DNA from: an uncultured Bacteroides sp.
Lineage (GTDB): Bacteria > Bacteroidota > Bacteroidia > Bacteroidales > Bacteroidaceae
Assembly (NCBI GenBank): GCA_900551445.1
Contig: URWA01000001.1
Span: 69,141-133,140 of the forward strand
Length of the DNA stretch: 64,000 nucleotides
Direction: 5' to 3'
Under the pieces are notes generated by a model. That model was given only the letters and a program-made list of their open reading frames with translations, was not told the origin of the DNA and ran no database searches. The position numbers and the translations under genes are program-made. Below, piece after piece: positions 7,776 through 18,826 of the stretch; position 1 is the stretch's first letter; each line of letters starts with the position of its first letter.

Positions 7776-9002
7776 TCACTTCCTCGCAATCCACACATAG
7801 ACATTTTTCATTCCTTTAAACAACCACAAGACACCCAGAGAAATAATCCAAGCCACGGCCAAGAGCACAAAAAGAAATTCCATAAAAGAACTCCACCCAT
7901 AGTTGGACAGCACGATGCCGGACAAGGAGCCCACCAGGCTGGAACCGGCATAATAGAACAACCAGTAAATGCTGGTGGCGCTGCTTTTCATCTGCCCGGC
8001 ATGCACCGATACAATCCGACTAGCCAGCGTATGAGTCCCGAAAAAGGCAAAGGTCATCAATCCCAGTCCCAGTACGATAGCCCAAAGCTGCATCCAGAGC
8101 AACAAAGCCATCCCGACTCCCATCAGTCCCAACGTGCCTTGCAAGAGCATTTCCGGACTATACTTGTCCGAAAGACCGCCGGCCACGACCGAACCGATGA
8201 TTCCCGCCACATACATGGTAAAAATCAGTGCCACCCAATGATGAGGTAGCGAAAAAGGAGGTGCCTCCAGCAAGAAAGACAGATAATTGTAGATGCTCAC
8301 AAAAATACCCATGGAAAGCGCGGCTATGAGATACATGGAAAGAAAAGTACTTCGGGTTAAAAGGAAACGCATCTGACGCAATTTTTCCAGAAAAGATACC
8401 GACACCGCGGAGAAGTTTTTCCCGGCAGGAATCTTCCAGCAGAACAATCCGCCCAGCAGCAGACTGACAATACCTATCAGCCACACAGCCGACTGCCATC
8501 CTCCCCATCCGGACACCAGTGTGGCAGCCACTCGCCCCGACATTCCGCCCAGTGTATTCCCACTGAGATACAGACTGATGGCCAGCCCGATCATGGCTTT
8601 GTCCACCTCTTCCGAAAGATAGGCCAATGCCACCGACGACACCCCGGCCAGCACCATTCCTTTCAACAGATTCAAAGCCAGCAGAAGAGAATAGCTGTCG
8701 GTAAAGGCAGACACAATGGTCAACAGGGAAGAAAGCAGTAACGAAGCTCCCATCAGGCGTTCGCGTGACACGGAATCGGCCTTGAAAGCCATGACAATCA
8801 GTCCCAATGCCATGCCGGCAGTAGAGGCAGACACCGACAGACTGCTTTCCGCCGGACTGACACCAAAGTTCCGGCACATTTCCGAAAGCATGGGCTGAAA
8901 CAAATACAACTGGGCAAAGACCGACAATCCGGACAAAAACATGCAGTTACGTATCAGGCGAAACCGTGCAACCGCCTCACGTGAACGATTCATTTCTTTC
9001 AT
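7776..9002 (-). CDS. MFS transporter, YnfM-like
   Basis: About 12 hydrophobic segments; FAQLYLFQP, LAYLSEE, LYLSGNTLGGMSGR, FFGTHT, YYAGSS. Confidence 0.88.
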   Translation of the reverse strand: MKEMNRSREAVARFRLIRNCMFLSGLSVFAQLYLFQPMLSEMCRNFGVSPAESSLSVSASTAGMALGLIVMAFKADSVSRERLMGASLLLSSLLTIVSAFTDSYSLLLALNLLKGMVLAGVSSVALAYLSEEVDKAMIGLAISLYLSGNTLGGMSGRVAATLVSGWGGWQSAVWLIGIVSLLLGGLFCWKIPAGKNFSAVSVSFLEKLRQMRFLLTRSTFLSMYLIAALSMGIFVSIYNYLSFLLEAPPFSLPHHWVALIFTMYVAGIIGSVVAGGLSDKYSPEMLLQGTLGLMGVGMALLLWMQLWAIVLGLGLMTFAFFGTHTLASRIVSVHAGQMKSSATSIYWLFYYAGSSLVGSLSGIVLSNYGWSSFMEFLFVLLAVAWIISLGVLWLFKGMKNVYVWIARK

Positions 9003-9385
9003 TTCCTTTTTCTTTCATGATTATGGAAACAAAGGTAGGCAGTCGGTTCCAATCTCAATCTATCGAAAAAAACTCTTTTTTCGATAAGTTTCATCGATAA
9101 AATTAATAAGCATTAAAAAAGTATTTATAATCTTTTCCTCCTTCATTCTTTTATATCCTAATCATTCACAAATACTTAACAAAAATAAAGTATAAAAAAT
9201 ACACGCAAACTCCTTTTCAGACTGAACAAAACAAAAGTAAATTACGTTTAAGAACAAAACTAAGCTACTTATTAACGACATAAACAAAAACGCCCATAAA
9301 AACAACCAATTATTTACTTTTTAGAACAAAAACTTGAAGAATATTAGGTTTAAAAGATTGTGATTACTGAGAAAACAACAACAAA

Positions 9386-11239
9386 ATGAGAAAATTTACA
9401 TTTATTGCATTTCTATGCACTTTGCTATTGGTTTCTTGTAACCAGGAAGAACACTTAGGCACATCTTCCACAGAGAACAGATCTGGAATTGTATTCAAAC
9501 TGCAAAAACAAGGCTATGAAGGAGCCTCTTCACGTGCCTCGGAAACGGAAACGTCTCTTTATGACGAGCTGCATTACTTCATTGTCGATGAAAACGGCGA
9601 CAAGGTAAAAAACATCAAGAGCTATTACGAGGCTTCCACTTCCGAGATTTATACTGAAGGACTTCACAAAGGAGAGTATCGGTTGGTGGTTTTGGGCATC
9701 AAAGGTAACCCTGCCACAGACCGGGCCACTATCCATAGCCCGGAACATCTTCAGGATGAATGGCTCGTTTTCCCTGAAGACTTGCAACAACCGCTGGAAG
9801 CTGAATACTTCTACTCGCAAACTCCTTTTTCCATCATAGAGAAACAAACGGAAGAAGGCATCCAGGAAGTGGCTTCCATTCCACAGGAAGTGACACAGAA
9901 ACGGATTGTCAGCCGGGTGGATTTTGACTTTGCGTATCAGAACCCCTACGTGGGCTATGCCGTCACAGACAAAAGCCTGGCATTGGGAGACGTGCGATTC
10001 TATACTACCCTTTCCGGCAACGGAAACTTGGGCGGAGAAAGCAACGGCACAGTGAAGACCCTTTCACTGAACCAGCAGACTTCCTACCTGTTCATGCCTT
10101 TGTGCAAGGGCTCCACGTTGCATGGAGAAATCAACCTCTCTACCTGCAACTACCGGAAAGAAAACAGGAAACAGGTGTACAGCTTTGAGCAGAAGGAGCT
10201 GGCTGCCAACCATATCCATCTTGTAGAAACCCAAGTGAACCATCCAGACGACAAGGCGGTGACCATGTTCATCACTCCGGCTGCCTATAATAAAGGTGAA
10301 CACAGCTTAATCCTGCAAGACACGGAACGGAAGGAAGTATATACCAACAAGACTGTACGCTGTTTCAATACTGCCAAGCCACTGCAGGTATCCGTCACAG
10401 AAGAAGGAAAGCTGCATACGCGTTTCTACTCTCCCCGCAAACTGACCGGCGTACTGATCAAAATGCAACTGCCGCAAGTGAGCGAAGAGTTCTTTGACCT
10501 GGCTTATTTTGATTCCATCCCGGCCTTCGGCGATTTCTGGGAAGAAATTCCGCTGATGCAACGTGCCGCCATGTGCCGTACGGAATCCGGAAGATATATA
10601 GAGGTACAAAAGAAAACAGCTTCCGAACTAAGCAACGCCGTACTTAAAATTGAGTCGGACGACCCTTACTGGAGCAAACTGCAGGAAATCAAGCATGGAT
10701 GGACCATCTACTGGGGGCTCTACGGAGGTGACCCGGAAAAAGAAGACGGAGGTCCGGTAGGCAACTGGATGGGAATCCGCCCGGTACATTGCCGGGAGTC
10801 GGTTGCCCTCTTCCTCAATTTTACCTACATGATTGACATGCCGGCACATGAACAGATTCTGTGGGACAATGCCGACCAGCTTTACGATGACAACAAACAG
10901 CCTGTAAAGGTAGAGGAAGTATTGAAAAAAATGAGAGCCAGCAGAACGCTCCAGGTAGGTCTGGTATACCCCGGACACGGAATTATCGGATTGGGAGGAG
11001 GAAGCACGTTTGGTGCCTACCAGCGCGGATGGTTCGAACATTATTTCAACCGGTATGCGTGCAGCGTCATGTTCCACGAGCTGGGACATGTCATGGGATA
11101 CGGACACAGCAGCTCTTTCACCTACGGACCCTGGGCCGAAAAGTTGATGAACAACTTCTATGTAGACAACATCGGGCAGATGCCGATTGACTCTCCCAGC
11201 TACCTGAACAGCTCACAAAACCCTTACCAATACAAATAA
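9386..11239 (+). CDS. Surface lipoprotein with pilin-like N-terminus and C-terminal zinc metallopeptidase (metzincin-motif) domain
   Basis: Lipobox LLVSC followed by acidic NQEE; SSR/ASE possible propeptide site; KRIVSRVDF strand; HELGHVMGYGH = HExxHxxGxxH. Confidence 0.7.
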   Translation: MRKFTFIAFLCTLLLVSCNQEEHLGTSSTENRSGIVFKLQKQGYEGASSRASETETSLYDELHYFIVDENGDKVKNIKSYYEASTSEIYTEGLHKGEYRLVVLGIKGNPATDRATIHSPEHLQDEWLVFPEDLQQPLEAEYFYSQTPFSIIEKQTEEGIQEVASIPQEVTQKRIVSRVDFDFAYQNPYVGYAVTDKSLALGDVRFYTTLSGNGNLGGESNGTVKTLSLNQQTSYLFMPLCKGSTLHGEINLSTCNYRKENRKQVYSFEQKELAANHIHLVETQVNHPDDKAVTMFITPAAYNKGEHSLILQDTERKEVYTNKTVRCFNTAKPLQVSVTEEGKLHTRFYSPRKLTGVLIKMQLPQVSEEFFDLAYFDSIPAFGDFWEEIPLMQRAAMCRTESGRYIEVQKKTASELSNAVLKIESDDPYWSKLQEIKHGWTIYWGLYGGDPEKEDGGPVGNWMGIRPVHCRESVALFLNFTYMIDMPAHEQILWDNADQLYDDNKQPVKVEEVLKKMRASRTLQVGLVYPGHGIIGLGGGSTFGAYQRGWFEHYFNRYACSVMFHELGHVMGYGHSSSFTYGPWAEKLMNNFYVDNIGQMPIDSPSYLNSSQNPYQYK

Positions 11240-11267
11240 ACAGACGATAATAATAATATCACGAAAA

Positions 11268-13481
11268 ATGATGATGAAATCTATACTCGCCGTGGCAAGC
11301 GCCAGCCTGTTCCTACTGTGCGGATGCCAGCATGAAGATATCCAGCAAACGCCGCAAAACGGAATGTTTACCGTAAAGTTTTCCCGAGCTGGAATGACAA
11401 ATGGAACAGCCGACAACACGGAATCACAAATCAACACACTCCATGGTTATCAGTTCGAGAACGGTATCTTGAAAGAAACATTCTCTTCGCTGAAGATAGA
11501 CGCAACAGGTTCCTGCCAACTCGATATCAATCCCACACAGGGCAGCTTGTATTTCCTGGCCAACGGTGACCAAGCCGTCTCCCCAGAGAACCTGAAAGAA
11601 GGTGTAACCACGCTGGAGGAGTTCCTGAAGCAACAGGCTACCGCCGAAAATATGGCTTCCGACTATGTGCTGATGACCGGAAAAGCCGATTTGGACACAG
11701 AAACCACTTCTGCTTCCGTAGCCCTGAAACGGGCTGTAGCCCGCATCGATTTGGAATCGCCCTTCCAAGATGCTCAGGTAAACAGCGTCACCATCAAGGG
11801 AGTGTCGCTGACAGGTTACATTTACGAGCAAGATGCGCTCCAGACACCCGAGAAGCCGGAGACAACGGACTTGACAAAAGATTTTGGTGAACAGCCTTTT
11901 CAAAATGGCAAGTCTCCCCTTTTCTATCTTCCCGAACAATATACCAACGGGCATGAGGTAGAAATCATGATGACAGCCCACGGAGGATGGCACCGACTGA
12001 AAACCACGCTCCCGGCACTGAAACGCAACACCATCTATACGCTTAAGGTGTATGGAAACGGAGCCGACTGGAAAGTGGAGGTACTGACCGATGACTGGGA
12101 AACCGGTTCTTCTTCAGAATCGGGTCTCACGCACAAAGGGCTGGTAGACAAAGCACTCTCACAGCTTTCTGAAGGAGTGACCTTGAACGCACAGGGCGAT
12201 ACGGTGTTCGTGCCTTGCTGGGAAAGCAACTTTCAACTGACGCTGGCGGCTGAAGCCGGGGCAGAGGTAACCGTTCAGGGACAGGCCAATGGAGTAACGG
12301 TAATCCCCACTTCGCTTGCCCGCAGCCTTTCACCGGTGGCACAGCTCCGCATCGAGAGCAAACGGAAAATGCCGGGAAGCCACTATGAATATATGTATCT
12401 GGATGTGCATAAAAACGAGATACAGACGGGACGGGTTGTACTGGTGTTTACTCCGAATCCGGTGCAGATGAACGGTCTCCTCCAATTTGACGACAACGGA
12501 CTTTGTGACTTCAATACCTATGTTGATGGTGAACTGGCCCGTATCACTCTCCCGGAAGGAAAGAGCCTGACGTTGAATTTCAATGAAGGAGAAGCTCAGT
12601 GGATGAAACTGGAAGAAGAAGGAGACCGTACCTACCGACTGCTGGGAGGATGGAAACCCAATGATCCGGATGCAGACGGACGGGCACAAACCGGTGAACT
12701 GATAATTGCAGACGCCAATGGAGGACATCCGGAGGTGTACACCGTCCGACGTCTCAACTGGGGACTGCCTGTCGTAGAAATCAACGGCGTGTGGTGGTGC
12801 AAGTATAACCTGCGAGGCAATGTGAAAAATTTCAACGACCAGATTCTGGTGAAATCGGATCCTGCGGCTCAGGGCAGCCTGGCCGACTATCTGAGAACCT
12901 GCTCGGACGAGCATTTCCTTCAGGTGTTGGGCGACCAGTATCAGGCGGGAAATCCGGACGGGTTGAAACTGACCCACAACGACAGCCAGTTCTACTACGA
13001 AGGGTATCAAAGCCAGACAGGTAATTTTGGCACGATGGCCCCCACCGAAATGGCTCCCGACGGGTATCAGATTCCGGATTATGACGACTACCGCTTCTAC
13101 ACATGGGGCACAAACTGCAACCTGGCTTACTTTGACCCGGGAGCCTTCAACAACGGACTGGGACAGCGCCTCAACTTCAACGTGGTGGAACGCAATGCCA
13201 CTTTCGACGGCTTGGCCTATGGACCGATTTCGTTCTACGATTTTGAATATGGAGGCAATCATCTGACGCTTTGCGGACTGGGACATCAATGGAACGAGAA
13301 CAGCATCTCCAGCATGATGATTCTGTTTGCCACCTACGGCAATTCCGGCAACACATGGATGATAGAAGGTTATGCCAAAAGCACCGGCAAAGGAAACTGG
13401 TTCAAGTATGGAGCCAGCAATGCACAGAAAACGCGTACCATCCGATGCATCAAGACTCCTGTAGAATATATCTATGAATAA
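11268..13481 (+). CDS. Fimbrial (type V pilin, FimB/Mfa-like) lipoprotein with a large C-terminal domain, paralog 1
   Basis: Lipobox LLCGC; LYFLAN, LKRAVARIDL, LFYLPE, LKRNTIYTL pilin-fold motifs; C-terminal GVWWCKYN...IRCIK. Confidence 0.7.
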   Translation: MMMKSILAVASASLFLLCGCQHEDIQQTPQNGMFTVKFSRAGMTNGTADNTESQINTLHGYQFENGILKETFSSLKIDATGSCQLDINPTQGSLYFLANGDQAVSPENLKEGVTTLEEFLKQQATAENMASDYVLMTGKADLDTETTSASVALKRAVARIDLESPFQDAQVNSVTIKGVSLTGYIYEQDALQTPEKPETTDLTKDFGEQPFQNGKSPLFYLPEQYTNGHEVEIMMTAHGGWHRLKTTLPALKRNTIYTLKVYGNGADWKVEVLTDDWETGSSSESGLTHKGLVDKALSQLSEGVTLNAQGDTVFVPCWESNFQLTLAAEAGAEVTVQGQANGVTVIPTSLARSLSPVAQLRIESKRKMPGSHYEYMYLDVHKNEIQTGRVVLVFTPNPVQMNGLLQFDDNGLCDFNTYVDGELARITLPEGKSLTLNFNEGEAQWMKLEEEGDRTYRLLGGWKPNDPDADGRAQTGELIIADANGGHPEVYTVRRLNWGLPVVEINGVWWCKYNLRGNVKNFNDQILVKSDPAAQGSLADYLRTCSDEHFLQVLGDQYQAGNPDGLKLTHNDSQFYYEGYQSQTGNFGTMAPTEMAPDGYQIPDYDDYRFYTWGTNCNLAYFDPGAFNNGLGQRLNFNVVERNATFDGLAYGPISFYDFEYGGNHLTLCGLGHQWNENSISSMMILFATYGNSGNTWMIEGYAKSTGKGNWFKYGASNAQKTRTIRCIKTPVEYIYE

Positions 13482-13515
13482 GAATAGAGCTATAACAAAA
13501 AACGCAAGAAAACTC

Positions 13516-15834
13516 ATGTATATGCACTTAAAAAAATATATCCAGCTTTTCGGAATACTCTCGGCTGTATGCTTTGTTTCTGCCTGCAGCAACGAAGACA
13601 TTCCCAAAAACGAAAACACTCCTACTGACGAAGAAGAAAACGTAAGTGTGCCTGTGCGGACGGTCAATACCCGCATCAAGGCTTTCCAGATAGAAGGTGA
13701 AAATGTGTCCCTCTCTGGAGAGGACAGCATCACCGACATAAAGGCCTGCCTGTTTGAAGATGGCGTATTGACTACTGTCTACACCGAATTCTCGCAAAAA
13801 GACAACCAGTATGTACTTCAGACCGACAAGTCATCCGGCCATCTTTACATTGTAGGCAACACCGACGGACAACTTGACCTTCAGGCCCTGAAGGAACAGG
13901 GAATTACAGAAGAAGACTGGCGAAAGACCACTCTTGAACATATCCACGAGCATGCGCATGCTTCGGAATTTTTCTCGGGTATGATTGACTTGGGCAAAAG
14001 CAGTGAGAATACGTTACAGATGGACTTGGAAAGAGGCTCAGCACGATTTGACCTGTCTCTACCAGCCAACAGCTCTCTCCAAGTAAAGGGAATCGTATTC
14101 ACTCACATTGCACAACAGGCCTTCCTGCTCGCACAAGATACGGTATCGACCCCGGAGAACACCACAAGAGGAGACAAGCGCATGGATTTCCCGGAAGCCC
14201 TGAAGACCAATACTCAGGGAATTGCCTATCTGTATGAACAAACCAGCTCAAATGCAAAGGCACTGGTGAATGTACTGAAAAACGGAAAAGAAACGACCGT
14301 GGAAAACAGTCTGCCTTCCACCTTGAAACGCAATACGGTCTACACCCTGAGCCTCAGCGAAGACCCTGTCAGCGGCAGCGTGAAACTCCAGGTCATCGAA
14401 TGGGAAAACGGGGGCGAGCACAACCTCTCTTCCCAAGCGGGCGCCTTGAAGGTAGACACGAAGGCCTCTACCCTACCGGGAAATGTAACAGTCAACGACG
14501 AGAAGAACCGGATTGTGCTGCCTTATACCGCCACCGAACTGACACTGGCCATCGACTGTGATGACCAACTGGAGTTCATCCAAGACCCGATGCCGCTGAC
14601 TGTACAGACACTGGGAGGCAACAATGCGGAAACCAGGGGCAAAAACCTGTTCCGCATACAAAAAGACAGATGGCGTCTCGGTGTTCCCGGAGAAGAAATC
14701 AAACTGCGTTTCCACCGGAAAGGACTGCAACAGACCTATCCGGACGATTACCTGACACTAGTCCTGACGGAAAACCCGACCCGGATGGAAGGACTGCTCA
14801 ATTACAACAACGGTTACGAATGTCACTTTGACCGCTATATCGACAATGAACTGGGTGTACTGACCCTGCCGGAATCCAAAAAGCTGACCGTGGAATATGA
14901 AAACGGAGAAGGAAACTGGATCAAACTGGCGACGCGTAAGGGCGATTCCCGCTCTTTCCGCATCCTGGGAGGATGGAAACCAAACGACCCCACAGCCAAC
15001 GGACGTGTGCAGAAAGCTACGCTGGTGATTTGCAACAACGACGGTTCGGAACGGGAAGAGTACGTGGTGAGCCGCCGCAACTGGGGACTCCCGGTGACAT
15101 ACCTTAACGGCGTGTGGTGGTGCAAGTACAATGCCATGGGCGATTCAAAGGACTTCAACGACCAGATACTTTCTTCGAACGACCCGGCTGCGAAAGCAGG
15201 AAAAACAGTTTTCGATTATCTGCGCGACTGCACTCCGGAGGAATTCTTCAAACTCTGGAAATGGCAGTATCAGGGAAAGACCACCCAAGGCATGCAGGTG
15301 ATAGATGACAACGGAGTAGCCAAGCTGGAAGGATACAGCTCTTCAAGCGTCCATATCAACAAGCTGGAACCTACAGCCATGGCTCCCGACGGGTACGAAA
15401 CACCGTCGGTGGAAGACTTCGACCGGGTATTGAAGATTACGAAGGATTACCTCTGGCTGATGTGGGACGGCGAACACAGCACTGCCTGGAACGGCGGAAC
15501 CAAAATCCAACGTCGCCAACGGAAAAGAGAGGACGTGACGGTGGGCCAAGTCAAACTGAGCGGCTTGATTACCATCGCCATGTACAGCAACGGCACCGCC
15601 TCACAGAATGAGCCGCTGGTTTGGTACGGTTCTTCCGCACAATGGAATGACAACGGTATTCTCCATGGCCACTATAACAACATGCTGTGGGCTGCCTACT
15701 CTCCTGAAAACGGACAAGGCTGGTTCTTTACGGGAGCCATGAACGCATATTACGCTACCAGAAACGGAGCTGGCTCCAACGATTCCCGCCTTCTGCGATT
15801 CAAAAAATCGGACGTGGAATATATCTATGAGTAA
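13516..15834 (+). CDS. Fimbrial (type V pilin-like) lipoprotein, paralog 2 (ORF open from 13474; probable start 13516 or 13522)
   Basis: Lipobox VSAC-SNED; LYIVGN, LERGSARFDL, LKRNTVYTL; shares GGWKPNDP, NWGLPV, NGVWWCKYN, MAPDGY and the VEYIYE end with paralog 1. Confidence 0.7.
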   Translation: MYMHLKKYIQLFGILSAVCFVSACSNEDIPKNENTPTDEEENVSVPVRTVNTRIKAFQIEGENVSLSGEDSITDIKACLFEDGVLTTVYTEFSQKDNQYVLQTDKSSGHLYIVGNTDGQLDLQALKEQGITEEDWRKTTLEHIHEHAHASEFFSGMIDLGKSSENTLQMDLERGSARFDLSLPANSSLQVKGIVFTHIAQQAFLLAQDTVSTPENTTRGDKRMDFPEALKTNTQGIAYLYEQTSSNAKALVNVLKNGKETTVENSLPSTLKRNTVYTLSLSEDPVSGSVKLQVIEWENGGEHNLSSQAGALKVDTKASTLPGNVTVNDEKNRIVLPYTATELTLAIDCDDQLEFIQDPMPLTVQTLGGNNAETRGKNLFRIQKDRWRLGVPGEEIKLRFHRKGLQQTYPDDYLTLVLTENPTRMEGLLNYNNGYECHFDRYIDNELGVLTLPESKKLTVEYENGEGNWIKLATRKGDSRSFRILGGWKPNDPTANGRVQKATLVICNNDGSEREEYVVSRRNWGLPVTYLNGVWWCKYNAMGDSKDFNDQILSSNDPAAKAGKTVFDYLRDCTPEEFFKLWKWQYQGKTTQGMQVIDDNGVAKLEGYSSSSVHINKLEPTAMAPDGYETPSVEDFDRVLKITKDYLWLMWDGEHSTAWNGGTKIQRRQRKREDVTVGQVKLSGLITIAMYSNGTASQNEPLVWYGSSAQWNDNGILHGHYNNMLWAAYSPENGQGWFFTGAMNAYYATRNGAGSNDSRLLRFKKSDVEYIYE

Positions 15835-15851
15835 CTATGAATAACGTTCCC

Positions 15852-15960
15852 AAAACGTCTTTGCGTTCGGATTAAAGCGTAAGGACGTTTTACTTAAAAC
15901 GCAAGTGCGTTTGGACAAAAACTCTTTGACGTTTTACTCCAAACGTACTTGCGTTTTTTT
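15852..15960. repeat. Intergenic array of five degenerate 22-nt units, core AAAACG-N6-CGTTTT
   Basis: AAAACGTCTTTGCGTTCGGATT / AAAGCGTAAGGACGTTTTACTT / AAAACGCAAGTGCGTTTGGACA / AAAACTCTTTGACGTTTTACTC / CAAACGTACTTGCGTTTTTTT. Confidence 0.8.
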
Positions 15961-16127
15961 ACCCCCTCTCCAAACACCCTATTTTACCTTTCTACATGGC
16001 ACATTCCGGCTGTTCACGCACGATGAGAGATGAACTTTTCGGATGAATCTCCCCTAAAATCCAAGGAGTTTTATTATTTTTGCAGCCGATTATACGATAA
16101 ACATACATAATAAAGATTATTATAACC

Positions 16128-18806
16128 ATGGAATTAGCAAGTAAGTACAATCCCGCTGACGTGGAGGGAAAATGGTACCAATACTGGTTGGACCACAAAC
16201 TTTTCAGTTCTAAACCCGACGGACGTGAACCATACACCGTCGTCATTCCTCCTCCTAACGTGACAGGAGTACTCCACATGGGACACATGCTGAACAATAC
16301 CATTCAGGATATCCTTGTAAGACGTGCCCGCATGATGGGCAAGAATGCCTGCTGGGTACCGGGTACAGACCACGCCTCCATCGCTACAGAAGCAAAAGTG
16401 GTAAACCGTCTGGCACAACAGGGCATCAAGAAGACAGACCTTACCCGCGAAGAGTTCCTGAAACATGCATGGGCTTGGACGGAAGAACACGGAGGCATCA
16501 TCCTGAAACAGCTCCGCAAGCTGGGTGCATCGTGCGACTGGGACCGCACAGCGTTCACCATGGATGAAACCCGCAGCAAGAGTGTCATCAAGGTATTCGT
16601 GGACTTGTATAACAAAGGATTGATTTACCGCGGCGTACGTATGGTGAACTGGGACCCGAAGGCACTGACCGCCCTTTCTGACGAAGAGGTTATCTACAAA
16701 GAGGAACACAGCAAGCTGTATTACCTGCGCTATTATATTGCCGACGATGACATGAGCGGCGAAACAGGAGCCGAAGGCGAAGTGGTACACCGCGACGCAC
16801 AGGGCTGCCGTTACGCCGTAGTCGCTACTACCCGTCCGGAAACCATCATGGGTGATACGGCCATGTGTATCAACCCGGAAGACCCGAAGAACCAGTGGCT
16901 GAAAGGCAAAAAGGTCATCGTGCCGCTGGTAGGACGTGTCATCCCGGTAATTGAAGACAGTTACGTAGACATCGAGTTCGGTACCGGATGTTTGAAAGTG
17001 ACTCCAGCACACGACGTGAACGACTACATGTTGGGAGAGAAATACAACCTGCCTTCTATCGATATCTTCAACGACAACGGTACACTGAGTGAAGCTGCCG
17101 GCCTGTATGTAGGCATGGACCGCTTCGACGTGCGTGCGCAGATTGAAAAAGACCTGGATGCTGCCGGACTGCTGGAAAAGGTAGAGGCTTATACCAATAA
17201 GGTAGGTTTCTCTGAACGTACCAACGTGGCCATCGAACCGAAACTGTCCATGCAGTGGTTCCTGAAGATGCAGCACTTTGCCGACATGGCTTTGCCGCCG
17301 GTAATGAACGACGAACTGAAGTTCTACCCTGCCAAATACAAGAACACTTACCGCAACTGGCTGGAAAACATCAAGGACTGGTGTATCAGCCGTCAGCTGT
17401 GGTGGGGACACCGTATCCCGGCCTACTACCTGCCGAAAGGCGGCTTCGTGGTAGCCGAAACACCGGAACAGGCACTGGAACTGGCCAAAGAAAAGACGGG
17501 CGATGCTAACCTGAAACTGGAAGACCTGCGTCAGGAGGATGACTGCCTCGACACTTGGTTCTCTTCTTGGCTGTGGCCGATTTCGTTGTTCGACGGCATC
17601 AACAACCCGGGCAACGAGGAAATCAAATACTACTACCCGACTTCCGACCTGGTAACAGGACCGGATATCATCTTCTTCTGGGTAGCCCGTATGATTATGG
17701 CCGGTTACGAATACATGGGCGACATGCCGTTCCGTAACGTATATTTCACCGGTATCGTGCGCGACAAGCTGGGCCGCAAGATGTCCAAGTCACTCGGTAA
17801 CTCTCCCGACCCCTTGGAACTGATTGACCAGTATGGTGCCGACGGCGTACGTATGGGAATGATGCTGGCAGCTCCTGCCGGAAACGACATCCTCTTCGAT
17901 GAAGCTCTGTGTGAACAAGGACGTAACTTCAACAACAAGATATGGAACGCCTTCCGTCTGGTAAAAGGATGGCAGGTGGCCGACATCGCACAGCCGGAAT
18001 ATGCCCGCCTGGCTACCGAATGGTTCGACTCCATGCTGGCCAAGACTGCAGAAGAAGTGAACGACCTCTTCGGCAAGTACCGTCTGAGCGAAGCCCTGAT
18101 GGCCGTATATAAATTGTTCTGGGACGAATTCTCCAGCTGGTACCTGGAAATGGTGAAACCGGCTTACGGACAGCCCATCGACAAGACCACTTACGAAAAG
18201 ACCCTGGCCTTCTTCGAAACGTTGCTGAAACTTCTGCATCCGTTCATGCCGTTCATCACGGAAGAATTATGGCAGCACATTTACGACCGTCAGCCGGGCG
18301 AAAGCATCATGACGCAGACCCTCGTAAAAGACATGCCGTACAACGATGCACTGATTGCCCGCTTTGAAGCCGTGAAGGAAGTCATCAGTGGTATCCGCAC
18401 CATCCGTCTGCAGAAGAACATCGCACAGAAAGAAGCTTTGACACTGGAAGTTATCGGAGAAAATCCGGTAGCCGAGTTCACTTCTGTCATTGCCAAACTC
18501 TGCAACCTGTCAGAAATCAAGCAGGTAGCCAGCAAGTCGGACGGAGCAGCTGCCTTCATGGTAGGTACAACTGAATATGCCGTACCTCTGGGCAACCTGA
18601 TCAACGTGGAAGAAGAACTGAAGAAGCTGGAAGCTGACCTGAAATATCAGGAAGGATTCCTGCAGAGCGTATTGAAAAAGCTGAGCAACGAGAAGTTTGT
18701 CAGCAAGGCTCCGGCCAACGTCATCGAAATGGAACGCAAGAAACAGGCTGACGCCGAAACCAAGATTGCAGCCCTGAAAGAAAGCATTGCGGCTTTGAAA
18801 CGCTAA
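16128..18806 (+). CDS. valS: Valine--tRNA ligase
   Basis: [31 protein letters not shown]-terminal coiled coil; -7 element TATTTTTG at 16075-16082. Confidence 0.98.
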   Translation: MELASKYNPADVEGKWYQYWLDHKLFSSKPDGREPYTVVIPPPNVTGVLHMGHMLNNTIQDILVRRARMMGKNACWVPGTDHASIATEAKVVNRLAQQGIKKTDLTREEFLKHAWAWTEEHGGIILKQLRKLGASCDWDRTAFTMDETRSKSVIKVFVDLYNKGLIYRGVRMVNWDPKALTALSDEEVIYKEEHSKLYYLRYYIADDDMSGETGAEGEVVHRDAQGCRYAVVATTRPETIMGDTAMCINPEDPKNQWLKGKKVIVPLVGRVIPVIEDSYVDIEFGTGCLKVTPAHDVNDYMLGEKYNLPSIDIFNDNGTLSEAAGLYVGMDRFDVRAQIEKDLDAAGLLEKVEAYTNKVGFSERTNVAIEPKLSMQWFLKMQHFADMALPPVMNDELKFYPAKYKNTYRNWLENIKDWCISRQLWWGHRIPAYYLPKGGFVVAETPEQALELAKEKTGDANLKLEDLRQEDDCLDTWFSSWLWPISLFDGINNPGNEEIKYYYPTSDLVTGPDIIFFWVARMIMAGYEYMGDMPFRNVYFTGIVRDKLGRKMSKSLGNSPDPLELIDQYGADGVRMGMMLAAPAGNDILFDEALCEQGRNFNNKIWNAFRLVKGWQVADIAQPEYARLATEWFDSMLAKTAEEVNDLFGKYRLSEALMAVYKLFWDEFSSWYLEMVKPAYGQPIDKTTYEKTLAFFETLLKLLHPFMPFITEELWQHIYDRQPGESIMTQTLVKDMPYNDALIARFEAVKEVISGIRTIRLQKNIAQKEALTLEVIGENPVAEFTSVIAKLCNLSEIKQVASKSDGAAAFMVGTTEYAVPLGNLINVEEELKKLEADLKYQEGFLQSVLKKLSNEKFVSKAPANVIEMERKKQADAETKIAALKESIAALKR

Positions 18807-18826
18807 CGCGCAGTTTCTATAAAACA

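Noticed and set aside
9100..9385. Invertible (phase-variable) promoter upstream of the pilin-like cluster
   Set aside because: AT-rich with loose GAACAAAA repeats, but I found no convincing flanking inverted repeats and no recombinase.
11268..15834. Diversity-generating retroelement
   Set aside because: No reverse transcriptase and no near-identical TR/VR pair differing only at adenines.
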